Positions 38,053 to 51,318 of a stretch of 64,000 nucleotides of DNA are shown here, one piece after another. This DNA is from Takakia lepidozioides. Lineage: Eukaryota; Plantae; Bryophyta. The stretch covers positions 57,660,001 through 57,724,000 of the forward strand of contig CM060734.1 of NCBI GenBank assembly GCA_030704615.1, read 5' to 3'. A model generated the notes under the pieces. The model did not search any database, was not told where the DNA came from, and was given only the letters and a program-made list of their open reading frames with translations. The stretch's first letter is position 1; every line of letters begins with the position of its first letter. The position numbers and the translations under genes are program-made.

Positions 38053-41000
38053 GTTCCAGCCATTACTGAAGGAGATCATGTACATATAAAACTGCATGAT
38101 ATGTTTAGGAAGAGAAATAGCTTATATGATGGTGCAAATATCGGTCGCCAACTCTTGACACGTCAATGAAAATGATTGGTACATAGGTTTCAAATTTAGA
38201 AGTAGTACTCATCCATGATCAGGCCTGGAATATCCATTAAATGTAAGAGCTGGAAACCATTTTTTGATGATGAGTTAGATATTCATTTAGGTTGGAGATG
38301 TAGGCTGAGTAACCTTGTTACATAGCTAGAAATTTCTTGTTGCCATACTCTTGCAGTGGAATCCACACCCCAAGACACAATGTACTCAATGATTTCCCAT
38401 AACATACATCCAACCTGCGGGGGAAACATGCCATGGTTGGATGATAATGTAAGTGTGAAACTGCCGTACTTCTCCCTCAACCAGCGAGGCCCCGTTGCAA
38501 GATAAGAGATTGCAGTATGTGACATTAAGAGGCACATAGAAGTTTTGTGTCTGCCCCCTCAACAATAACTAATGAGTTTCGTTCCAGCTGGGTGTGACAA
38601 AGGTAAGTGGAGGCCTTGGAGAAAAAAAGGAAGGGGAACTTTACTCAGTAGGATATCAAAGGCCAGTGAAATTGAGTTCATTCACTGGTAATGTGCTATT
38701 GATACTTTCAGGGGCCAAAAGAAACACTGAGACCTCTTTCTCTATTGATTGGAGACCAAGGACTGCTCAGAGAACGAGAGACAAAAGAGCTATGTGAGCA
38801 CAATGTTAAAGAGATAAACAATGTCATAGGAAAGAGAGACACTGAGTAGACTTTCCTTGTCATGCCGTCGTAGTCCACCCATACCCACTCTGTACGGGGT
38901 GGAGGAGGAGGGAGGGATGCGCCCATGTGATTCATAAATCACAAAATGCAAACAGACCACGGGCCCTCACCTCGTTTCCTTCACATCTCATCAAACTTTA
39001 TCTGTCAGTTGAAGAGCTATAGAATTTTAAAGAGCCACAGGCATGATATATCCAAAGTCCACTTCACTCTTAAGCATCACAACAACCATACATGTGATTC
39101 GATATCTAGTCAAGGGCCTACGACACCAATTTTTCAATCTTTTGTTGAAATTATTCATGTCACAAGATGTTTAAGTTATGTTCTGATACATCTTTTGACC
39201 CTTGGATTAGACAAAAGGCTTCTTTGTAGACTTCAGATCGCTGAAAATTTTGAAATTTGGGAATCCAAAATACAAACCAGTTTTTGGGGATGATCCAATC
39301 ATGTGCCTCTTGTAGTTTGTTCCATGAAATTTTGTCTACTTATAAACATTAGTATTTAAGAATAGTTTTTGTGATGTTAATTTAAAAACAATCACAATTT
39401 TTTTTATATTTGCATGAGATTATTTGTACGTAAATCAAATATCGTAGTACCTAATTGGCTTTGGCAGCCTCACTTCGTAAATTTTTGGACACTTCGACAC
39501 CAAGTAGTTAAAGTAGACAAGGCTAAATACGTTTCCTCTACGATGACATTGACACAAGGACCATGGCTAGAAAGGCTAACCTGGAAGCATGAAGACACTC
39601 CACATACCTCTCTGAAGAGATCACAAACAACTTGCCCTGTGCACACACCACTTGAAGCACCAAAATGTAACCCAAACTGAAAACTCATGCATTGGGGAAT
39701 CAAACCCCAAGTCCATATTGGACTTTTGCCGATGTGGGTGGCCTATAAAAAGAAAGTAGTTAGAACAAAATATAACACCATATTTGATAATATAAAAAAT
39801 TACTACGACCAATGCATGGCACCAAAATGTATAGCATACTGTGACCCAAAATGACTTGTAAAGTGCATAAACAATAAATTGTATCCACAAAAAAATGAAG
39901 ATAGAGGGATCGAAAGACATACTTGCTCTTAAAAGTAATGCTCGTTCTCAGACCAAAGTTTGTTCAAAGGAATTATATACCATATGGTCCTTACCATATT
40001 CCTTCGAACGAACTTTGATCTAAAAGCGATGAACTCTATCATTATTCCAATTAATCTTTGGTTACTTGCCTGCAACAATTACTGTGCCACTGACCGTACC
40101 ACTGCTTGAACAAAACGACCATAATAGTTTGAATTAGGGCAAAGCAAGTAGAACAATTCCAATGAACTTGTTGTAAATCTTTCATCTATCTATATTATCA
40201 ATTAACAATCTAGGCAGCGGCGCATAGAGAAACAATCGATGACTCATTATTTGGCATAAAATATGAATGAACATACTTCTCTTTCTCCCCGTATGCGTTG
40301 ACATTATTGAATAGTATGTGAATGAATTTTTGGCTTCAATGAAATGTGACGTAGCAGTAACATTTGAAACAACTTTAGTTTAGTGTTGTGTCATTTGAAT
40401 AAAAATAGAAAACCCTTCAATCTAGCGCCTTATGAACAAAAGAACCACCAATGTAAATTGAAGTCTATTTATTTTCATTTTTAAATTATATATGTGTTCA
40501 TCATAGAGTTCCACTTGTGTCCTAAAAGTTTTACAGTTCTAATTCATTTGAAATCGTAACAAATGGAGGTTAGATGGATTGCTGAAATTTGATGCATCGT
40601 ACACAAGATTATATAGGTTGTGCATTATAAAAATACCCTGTGTATATGGACAATGCACCAAGCTCTTCTCAATTTTCAAATTTGGCAGACATCTTCTCGC
40701 TCTTGCCCTACATGGGCCTCTCTTCAGGCTTTGACACTTGTGGAAGTCGATGTGACCTTTTGTTCAGAGGATTTCACCTTAGCATGGAATCGACTATGTT
40801 CAACATCTACTTCGATTTTAATGACTAAAGGGAGGAAAGCTTAATGGATCTTGTTATGTGCAAATTTTCCTAGAGCTTCTGACTGCAGACATCTGCAATA
40901 AGTTAATTCAAGACTTTGATCTCTCTCCGGGGCAAGAGCGGCCTAGTGCTCTGCTCCATCTTAGACTCAACCATTCTCTTAAACAACTCGCTTTCCTCGT

Positions 41001-41519
41001 GCTGGCAAATTACCAGCAGATGGTGAAGAGGGGGATGTCATGAACTGGCGCCATCACTGAGCGCGCGACATCAAACTAAAGACAGCTGAAATTCAGATTC
41101 TTCCTTTTGTGTTTCTCTCTGCTCTCTCTTTGTTTGTATCTCTTTGCAATCACCTCTCCAGATCACCTGGTCGTCCTTTGTCTCTCCTGTCACTCTTGCT
41201 ATTTTCGTCCTTGGTTCCGGGTGGTATCCCTTCAAGGCCTCAAATAATTATGTTTTCCATGTCCTTTCAATGCAATTCCAAGGCCTTTCCCCCCTTGTTC
41301 TCCAATAAATAAATAAATGATTGATGGCAGAATATACTGGACCTATGTAGACGATTGAATTGAAATGGTTCTAAGTGTGGGCATTTGTTAGATCCGGCTA
41401 GATGACTCAACTGGACACCTTTCTGACACCAATCACTGGATTGACCCCAAGGTGGTATGTGCTCATACCACGGGCTACAATTGGGTGTCTGTGTATAAGG
41501 CAGGGCCGAGTTGAATTTT

Positions 41520-41750
41520 TCATAGGGCAAGTGCCCTGCTGCTGCCCACTAAGTTAGGATTTGGCATGTGCAGTCAGGGAGATCTCATGTAGGACCACGT
41601 GACCTGGAATGTCCCCAACATGCTCCCATGCCGTAATAAGCAAAACGGAGACGGTGGAAGATTCCTTGCCGCCCTAACATATTTGATTGAACCCAGGATC
41701 CTCAGTAGTGATGCGGTAAGTAAGCCCTCGGCCACGTAGGCCCTATCCCT
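41520..41750 (-). mobile_element. Possible tRNA-derived SINE
   Basis: A-box-like TGGCCGAGGG and B-box-like GGTTCAATC on the minus strand, ending in a short A run. Confidence 0.4.
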
Positions 41751-41836
41751 AGAGTAAGTCAGATTCTGACAGGTGGGCCATCGACTTGCCTAGATTCCTG
41801 ACCAACTGTTTTCATCCATAATTTTTATTTTATTTT

Positions 41837-42031
41837 GTAGAACAGGCGGTGGCCCTGGATTGTTATGGAGAAGGAGAGGGAAAATAACCTCTACCTTCCA
41901 GCTCCTCCCATTTAGCAAGCAGACCGAAGGCAATCAGGGAGAAGATTATGCAACACCCGAAAAAGTAGCAGGAGTTGAACCCAGAATTATCTGGGTGGCA
42001 CTCGGTGCACTATCCACCTGAGCTCCCGACC
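41837..42031 (-). mobile_element. tRNA-derived SINE
   Basis: Head GGTCGGGAGCTCAGGTGG (A box), GGTTCAACTCC (B box), (AAAAT)n tail. Confidence 0.65.
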
Positions 42032-43778
42032 AAAAATAAAATAAAAATTATATCAACTTCTCGCGGAAATGGATATCCAAAACATTTTCCAAAATAAAAA
42101 GAGAAAATGAGGCCGGAGAAAAAAGAAAAGAAAATTAATATTAAGAATTATGATCAGAAAAAGAAATACAAAGTAATATTCAGTTATCTGTAGCATGGAG
42201 ACCGAACGGTTGAGAGGGGATGTGCACGTGTGTTCCAACAAGAATGAACGTAGGATACACATCCATCATAGCACCGTCATCTGCAGTGAATGAGGTTGGC
42301 TAAACAGGAACTCGAGGGTGCCCTAATAACAGGATACACAAGGATTCCAGAATCTGCTAACTCCGTGCTACCCGCGGTTTAGTTACGGAGTATAACGTTC
42401 CATAAATCCAGGGAACGGGTTCCCTTCAAGGCCGAGTGTCTTGTCCCCGGAGTCAGGGGACGCGTTCCCATGGTGATACAGTTACAGCGCGGGAGTGGAA
42501 AGGGGGGCGGCCCTACAAGTAAAAAAGTGAAAAGGGAAAGGGGGATTTGTGGGATCGCAAAAGAGATGGATGGGAACGCGGTGCTGGAGACGACCGCCAT
42601 CGCCATAGCCTTTCTTCTCGTCGTCTTCGTATGCATCCACCGAGCTCGCCGCCATTGCTGCCCTTGTCTACGCGTCTCTTTCCCTTGTCCGTCTTGTTGT
42701 AATCTCACGGAATCGTCCTCATCCCGTTGGCGCGACAATCTTGCTTGTTTTGCTTTCTTTCAACTGCGTGACCTTGGTTCGTCTGTCCGTTCCATATCGC
42801 ATTGTCTTGTTCTTACCCTGCATCGAGGAAGAAATCTGTATCTCGTCCCGTCTCCTTTTTCGTTCGCGCACCCCTCTGTATCTTCCCTTTCTTGTGTTTT
42901 CCATCCACCGCCTGTGCTCCGTTGCGGTATCCCCTGTTTTTCAATCTCTCCCGTGTTCTTTATAGGCAGTGTCGCTTACCCTGAGTCAGTGTGAAGCTGG
43001 TTATGCACGCTGCATAGTCAATTTGACAGGGTTATTCCGAGGTTTCTTATAAGGTCATGGCCAATGGTTGCATCACTGTCAATCTCTCTTGCATACATTG
43101 GTTGTTGCTGTTGCCCCAGAGCCTCTTGGCACAACTATAGCACTAGAAGTATTAGGATCCATGGATCCGGATTGATGTCAGTCTTGATGGTACTGAAGCC
43201 TCCTTGAACTGGTGGCGTGGCCTGCACGGCTTTGCTTTTGCCGTGGTTTCCAAGTTTTTTTTGGGGCGGCCGTTCTAAGCGGTGATCCTCTGTATCTTTT
43301 TCTCTTCAATTAGGCTAAAGATAACAGTCGAGAATGAAATCGACTTCAAGCTGCTAAACCAGTCATACATAATCTTCTTTCTGTGGATTCCAAAGTGGGA
43401 TCCTTCAAAGTTCAGGCCGTCGTAGAGGCAGGGTTTTTTCGGATAAGGCTACATCAAATGGCCAAAATACAATTTGTATGTCAATTGCAGATCAGGTCGT
43501 GGCTCTAGCCAGCCTTGACTTATTCAATCTGGCAATCAAATAACACTTCTTCAATTCTGGAGAGATGTTGCTGTTTGAATTTCTTGAAGCAGAGGAGTCT
43601 CTTTTCTTAGTTGAGTTCTTAGTTATTCAGAATTAATTGGATTCGCTGAAAACGTCTTCTTTGGAAGGATTTGGAGTTTGCCCTTCGAAAATTTGCAAGC
43701 AGCAGACGCTCGCAAGTCTTCAGCGGGACTCAAGGTGGACGGTTGTGAAGAGAGTGAAAGTAAGGCAAAGCCCCAAAG

Positions 43779-46700
43779 ATGGATGATTTTGAGAGAGCCA
43801 TTTTTTTCAGTTTTGACCAAAGTGGGGCAGTAGACGCACAGCTGAAGGCCCAGGCGATGGCCTACTGTGAGCATGCGAAGCAGACTCCTAACATTTGGCA
43901 AGTATCCCTGGACAAGTTTCGCCTTTCCCAATACGCCGAGGTACAATTCTGGTGCCTTCAAACTCTGGAAGAAGTAATGCGGCAGCGTTATATGAGTCTG
44001 GATCCGCAGGAACGCTTGTTCATTCGGTCGTCACTGATGGCAGCCTTTCGCAACTTTGACCTGGACGATCAGTCGTCCCAGTCGCCAGATCCTGGAAATG
44101 CTACCCTAACTAGACCTGCATTTGTGAAAAACAAATTGGCGCAACTCATTGTTATTCTCATCTATATTGAGTATCCTGCGGAGTGGCCTTCGGTTTTCGG
44201 AGATATGCTGGGCGTCCTTAACAAGGGACCAGCAGTGGTCGATATGTTCATTCGAGTATTGAATACATTGGATGAAGAGGTCATAAGCTTGGACTTTCCA
44301 CGAACTGCAGAGGAGACTGCCACCGCAACACGAATTAAAGATGTGATGAGGCAGCAATGCATTTCACAGGTTGTGGGAGCTTGGTACAGTCTGATTGTCA
44401 TGTATAAAGCCCAAAGCCCACACCTTGCCACTGCTGTGCTGGAGATGATGCTCAAGTATGTGGCATGGATTGATATTGGTCTGGTGGCCAATGAAAGTTT
44501 CGTTCATCTGCTCTTTGAATTCCTGGTTTCCCCTCATGAATATCCTCGTCTTCGCGGAGCAGCTGCTGATTGCTTGCTGGCGATTGTGTCCAAGAGAATG
44601 GAAGCTCCTTCAAAGCTTGCTCTTTTGGAGCGGCTTCGGATTGGCCAGGCCTGTAGCCACATCATGGAGGCTCAGGAACCTGAGTTTGCTCTGAAGCTCA
44701 CCAGTCTGCTCACTGGAATTGCAACAGAGGTTTTGGAATGTAGCAAAAAGATAGATCTTGGTACATCCTCAGGCCAATCTCTTGCGATGATAGAAGCAGT
44801 GTCTGCCATGTTAGATGAGGTCCTTCCTCCTGTGTTCTATTTTATGCGGCATGGTGATGAAGACATGTCGACAACAACCTTTCAGTTTCTGAATAATTAT
44901 GTAGCAAGGATGAAGAGCTTTAGTCCTCTGAATGGCAAACAGGCCATTCACATTGGACAGATATTGGAAGTTATTTACAGTCGCATGCGCTTTGATTCGG
45001 AAAGTCAGGAGTCATTGGATGAACCGGACAAGGATGGGCAGGAAGAAGAGGAGAGGATGGCAGACTACCGCAAAGATTTATTGTCATTGTTCAGGAGCGT
45101 AAATCGAGTAGCACCTGATGTGACCAGAACATTTGTTCAAAGCAGTCTTGCCTTATGTTTAGGGAAGCCGGACTCAGTATTTGAAGACGTTGAGGCGGTG
45201 ATTGTGCTCCTTCATGTACTTGGAGAGGGAGTGACAGAGGAAGCTTTGAAGCCTGGTGGAGGATCTCTGGAGGAGATGGTTGGAGCATTATTGTCCACAA
45301 ACATACCTCACCATTCGCATCGATTAGTGGCACTCATTTATCTAGAGACGGTTACTAGATATGTTCGGTTTGTGCAGCAGCATGCTGAATACATACCTTC
45401 AGTGCTAGCAGCCTTTTTGGATTCCAGGGGCATACACCATCCAAACCCCAATGTAAGCACTAGAGCAAGCTACCTCTTTATGCGCCTGGTGAAGGTGCTG
45501 CGCATCCAGTTGGTTCCATACTTGGAAAACATTCTTCAGGTATACGTAGCTTTCCGTGTAGACTTCAGTGCGTTCAGCTCATGATAAAGGCTAAGAATCT
45601 TCTGTAGAAGGTTGTAGACTGATTCATTCTGTGGATCTCCTCTCAGAGCCTGCAAGACACATTGTCGGCATTTGCAACCGGCAAACGAAGCATGGGGAAG
45701 GCAGATCTTGATGATCGAAGTTATGCTTTTGAGGTGATTGTCAGCTCCATCTTTTGGTGAATGGGAAGGAAGAACAAGGGACAAAAGTGTTTATAGCTCT
45801 TTCAAGAAACTCTGGAGCAGTATAATTGTTGAACGTCTCTATTGCTTTACTTCTGCCTTCCTTCCTTGGAGTCAATCTACAATTGGCATGTGTGTGCAGG
45901 CAGTTGGCTTGTTGATTGGCATGGAGGAGCTGTCAGTTGATAAGCAGGCAAAGTTTGTTTCTGCACTTCTGGTGCCTCTTTGTGGGCAGGTAATCCTATT
46001 TCCTTCCAGTATGGTACGGTAGAATTCTTTGGCTCTACATCTTTGTTAAAGGATGGTATCTCGGCTGCTAAAGGTGGAGCTTCAAGGAAGCAGGGTTTAG
46101 GGTTTTTGAGGTAGGTCCCAGGTTTCTCCTGCTAGCACGCCTTGACTTTGGGCTTGACTTGTGAAGTAGACTTAGTAATCTCAGATTCTTGTCCAAAGCC
46201 GTGTACAATGTGTGGACTCACTTTGATTACATTTTGTTATACTCCTTCCTAAGAGAAATCATAGAGGCGGATTTGGTGGAATGCAGGTGGAGGCCATCCT
46301 GGCAAATGAATCTGTGAAAGGTGACCTAGTGGGGCCTGCAGCAACTGTGGCTGCTCTGCAGCAAGTTATATTGGCTATCAGTTACTTGAGCAAGGTTAGT
46401 GTCAAGCTCGGCCTGACCTCATCACATTTACAATCAAAATTTCAGAAGGTTAAAAAATGGTGTGCCCTGCATAAATGGCAACAAACTTAGTCTCATGTCA
46501 CCATTATTATCTGAGCAATGCCCATGCTTGTTACCGTCTACATATTTCTTCAAGGAAGTTTGCATATTTGATGCTAACCTTGGTTATTGTGCCTGAGAGT
46601 AGGATGCTGTTGGAGACTCTTCCAAGGTCAATTTCATAGGTCAAATATGTAAGCTATAGGCAATCATTGATTTATGCATGAGTTTCAAGTCGACGGGGAT

Positions 46701-49700
46701 ATCAGTTCATTATGTGTTGATGGTTGCGAATCGGGAGCTGTGTGAGAAGTTCCTTCACTCATTGTTTGTGTATTTTGGTTTGATGGCAATAATCAAGTCC
46801 TCATCAATGACCTATGCAAATCATTATGGGAACTGAATGGTGCACTGAAAATGACAGTTCTGATGTGGTCTTAATAAATGTTGATATGCAGGGATTCGGT
46901 GAGCAGCTTGCAACCAACAGCCGGCCTGCAATTGGAAATATGTTCAAACAGGTAATTGGGGGGTATCTCTATTACTAGGGTTTCTGTGTGTTGGAATCAA
47001 CTTCTTTTAGCAAAGATCTGTGATCATGCAGTAGCTTGATGGACATTCGAGTTGTTGAGCTGGCAAGCTGAGCTGAATTTTTATGGGGTGGTATTAGTTT
47101 CTTATAGCAGCCCAAGTTCAGTGAGCTGCTTTCTATGAACGCTTTAGTCAAAAGTATGTGGTCCATGCACTGTTACATGGAAGAACAGGGGGAGCTCTAG
47201 AGACATGGGTGCCTTCAATAGTGAGGTGTAGGATACCATGAGCTGTGGTCTGCGAAGCTTTTTAAACCCTCAGAAGTAAATGAGCATCCTTCTTCTTTTC
47301 TTCAATCTTCTTTTGATGGGCTAAAGTACAGTTTTGTGGATATTACTTGCTCATGACCGGAAAAATGCAGCGTGTCTCAATTCTCCTTATTGCACCAGGA
47401 TGTAGGTTGTCCTCAGTCAACTGTCATGGCAGTTGGTGTCTCACTGATCCAAAAAGCTTCTCGTGTTGGTGACAGACCCTGGATGTTGTTCTACGGGTGA
47501 TTCCAGCATTTCCGAAAAACAAAATTTTGCGGACTAAGGTATATTCTTGATTGTGGATCTTCAGACCTTTCTTCACAATTGTTGACGTCGCAACCAATCT
47601 TAAGAGTAGATACAATTTGTATTGGGGCTAGTGGCCATTTGGGCACCCCTAAACAGTGACATTGTGTTGAAGTGGTCAAGCATAGCTACTTCAGTTTCCC
47701 ATGTTCTTTGACTGGTTTGAAGTCTATAGTACCATGCCAAGTACTGGGTTTTGGGTGTCCTCAGAAAGTTTGTAATGTTTTTGTAGGTGATCTCCTTTCT
47801 CCATCGAATGGTGGAAACTCTAGGCAGTGCGCTTTTCCCAGCTCTTCCAACCATTATTCAACAGCTCCTTTCTGAGAGTGAGGTACGGCTTTATTTGTGG
47901 CTTTCATGTCTGATTTGGGAAGGAGGCATTTGCCTCAGTTTGTCAGGTGTCAGATCCAGGTGGGCCTGCACAAAGAAGTTGGGTTGTAGTATTCCTCATC
48001 ATATCTATGCTTGCAATTTACCCCATTCTTAGGTGTCTACGAATGTCAGGAATGAGACTATTTTTCTCCTTGACTAGAAAGAAAAGTCTCTGCTCATTCA
48101 TAAGAAAACCCATTTTCTATCACACAATTAGTGCATGTTCATCAGGAATTTCTCTTTGGTATAAAATAGTGGATATGCTTTGCTGTTCTGATGTGCCAAT
48201 TGGGTCGTAGGCAATGTCCTCCACACTCATGTTGGCCCTCCAATGGACTGTCTTTTTTTGGAGAATGTTTGCCCGTGTGGGAGAATTCTTTGGGATGCAG
48301 CCTAGGCAAAAAGCTAAGACAAACTAAAACAAGCAAAAGGAAGGAACACAGTTGGGAAGTTGTTTGATGTTCTGCTAAACTGTCATGGCAGCCAAAAGAT
48401 CTAGCGGAATTCATACAGTTGGTAAATCAACTTATCAACAAATTCAAGTCGGGTATGAGAGAAATTCTTCAGGAAGTATTCCCTGCTATTGTGGGTCGGG
48501 TGTTCGCCCTTCTGCCCAAGGATGGGTTCCCAGAAGGCCCAAGTAGCCACACCGAGGTGAGGAGAAATCACACTTGGCTGACACTCTCATGGTTGGATTG
48601 ATGCGACTTATTGATTGAAGGGGCAGCCTAGGTTTCTTCTGACCATCGGTACTATAGAATGTGCATGTGTTTGTAAGTTGTAGCACGAAAAGAGCACATT
48701 GTGATGATTACAGATTTGGACAGAATGGCTTTGTGCTAAAATGAAATGGTGACCTTTGTTAGTCTCGTTTGAGCTAGTGCTGGCCTCTTTCAAACTGCAG
48801 TCATTACAATGAGAAGTAAAGGCGGGTGTTTGTGCAGAATCCAAGTGCTAGTTTAGGATTATATCACCCTCACAGGGCTCTTATGTTTGATGAAGCTTGT
48901 TGAGTTGTTTGAATCTATATTTCTCTACCTGTTGTTTTGTATGTGTCAGGTTTCCAGTTACAGGAATTGCAAATGTGGTGACATATGACTGATCTGTCTG
49001 ATCTTTGTGTATATGGACCTTCACAGGAAGTACGGGAGTTGCTGGAGCTCCAACGAAACTATTATTTGTTTTTGCACGCTGTGACTTCAAGTGACCTGTC
49101 CTCAGTAATGCTCAGTCCTCAGAGCAGCCAATGCCTGAATGATATCATTCGCCTACTTTTGGATTCCTCCTGCAATCATAAGGATGTTCTTGTTAGAAAG
49201 GTGGGTTCTGGCCCTCCTCCCCTTGTCCTCTGATAATCTAGTGAAAGTGGCTCTAATCTAGTGAAAGTGACTGCCCAAAAGGTTGTTGTCCCATTGAGCG
49301 TGGGGACTCATTTGTTTTGCACTCTTCGTCTCAAGTAATTATACCAAGAGAGTGTTCTCCTGGTTGTTCTAAAAGTGATTATGATACCTCAGTTGATGTA
49401 CTGTTAAGTGCTGGAACCTGTAGTTGCTCCAGTGGTCTGACATGTTTGTGTTTGGATCACTAAGATTTTGTACTACATTCTTGTGTCTGCAAAGTTGTAA
49501 CTGGCAATTGACATGCACAGCTCATCTTGTCACATGGGTGGCAATTTGTCTGTGCAAGCAGGTCTGTGTTCAAGTGTTTGGTAAGCTGATATCAGATTGG
49601 TGTGGCAGCAGCAGTGAAGAGGAGAGGGTGAGTTCAGTTCATGTTTTTTAATTTTCTCATGTCACATACAATGTCAGTCTTATGGAGGGAGTTTACCTGA

Positions 49701-51130
49701 ACTTGATGCACCTCAACAAGCATCAGGAAGTATGCTATGTGTAGATTGGTCTTGATTTTGAAACAAGGCTAATTGGTTGAGTTAGTGCTGTCTTCAGAAC
49801 TGGACACGGGATATAGCCTTAATGGCAGTCAGCATAGTTCAGCAATTATATTTTAGAAAAACAGATCTGAACTTAGCTGTCTTTTGATTCATGCTGAATG
49901 AGGTCCTACAATTGGAGCCACACATGCTGTCCTGTTCAAGAGCTCAGTCTCTCTCATCGTCTCATGATTGTACAAGAGAGACAGACTCGCTGAGTCTTGC
50001 GGGTTGAAAGGGAAAGAGGGTGTTCCAATCCTTCTGGACTTAACAATATCTTAAATATGAAGAGAAGGAAAATATTTGGGTGACAAAGCAATGTTGACTT
50101 CTAACACTTTTGAGTCATGTAGGTCCCTGGGTTTCGACAATTTGCAGTGGAGCGTTTTGCTGCGGAATGCTGCATTTACAGTGTATTGCAGCGTTCTTTT
50201 GACCTTCGAGATGCAAATACTGTAAGTCTTCTGTGCAATTCGGATTGGGTCCAGTCCAACATCTTGGAGGCATCCAAAATGTTGGGAATGGTTCAGTGGT
50301 TCTAACTTAATGTAGCTTGATCTCAGATAAATGTGAAGATGGATGTCTGTTACCTGATCTCTTAGTCTTCCACCTCCTATTGCTTGGTGCTTGGCGCATA
50401 TGAAGGTTGCCATTCCATGGTGCAGTTGATGCTAGTTCATCTGCATGGACCTCGTACCCAGTTGAGCTGCAAAACGTATTAATATACGTGTGGTGGCAGT
50501 TTTCCCTCTTTGGTGAGATAGTCGGTGCCCAGAAGATTATGTATGAAAGGTGTGGAGATGATTTCTTGATGCATCTCGCGACCAAAGTGCTGCCCACTGT
50601 TGAGTGCCCTCCCAACTTGGCTGAGCAGTACTGCCTTCATATTCAGGTATGCCAGTCACTGTTGTTGTGCACCATACATGACACATTTACTTGAAGATTA
50701 TCTGTTTTAGATTGGAGCTGGAGGTTTCACATTCAACTGAGTAGAAGTTCACCTTGTCAGAGAGCCCTATGTCTTCAGTACTCAGGGATGAAGGTCTTGT
50801 TTTCTCTTAAGTATAACTAGGTTCTAACGCATGTGTTTGTTTAGCTTGCTACAGCAGAAAGCAGTATGCTTTTTGCAGACAGTCATAAAATCCTGTAGAG
50901 CTCAATGTACTTCATGTTTCTTCCATGCTTTCCTGACATGATCTGGTCAAGATATGCTACCACCAGAGAAGGCTACAGACTCCCTCACAAATACAGGAAG
51001 AGAGTAAGCTTATGGAGATGTGATATGTTGTCTGTGGCAGAGGTCTGATGTAAAGGATGTGAAGGCTTTCTACAAGCCTTTCATAGAAAAGCTAAGGCCA
51101 CAGCAGAATGGCAGCCTGCAGAGCAGATAA
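43779..51130 (+). CDS. PSD: Exportin-T (PAUSED/XPOT), about 13 coding exons; first exon 43779-45539, last 51041-51130
   Basis: MDDFERAIFFSFD.., QFWCLQ, KNKLAQ, RIKDVMRQQC, WIDIGLVAN, RASYLFMRLVK. Downstream exons at ~45647, 45900, 46288, 46891, 47475, 47787, 48392, 49027, 49562, 50123, 50500, 51041. Confidence 0.94.
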
Positions 51131-51298
51131 CAGTGGGAGCTCCGCTGCACTCCAACCACACTCGGTTATGGTGTAGTGAAGGGGTACAGTCCAAGATAAT
51201 GTGTGGTTTCCTTGATGCTCAACGCATGCTGGCCAAATAATTTGAAGGAATGCTTGCTCTTTTAGTCAGCCACCTACATATCCAGCACCCCTGCATGG

Positions 51299-51318
51299 CT
51301 CTCTCTCTCTCTCTCTCT
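51299..51318. repeat. (CT)n microsatellite
   Basis: About 10 CT units downstream of the exportin-T stop. Confidence 0.85.

Noticed and set aside
38330-38420. WD40-like peptide IVSWGVDSTARVW on the minus strand
   Set aside because: Single short motif with no assemblable gene.
41962-42031. tRNA gene
   Set aside because: A and B boxes are present but no complete cloverleaf, and an unrelated body and A-rich tail follow; treated as a SINE.
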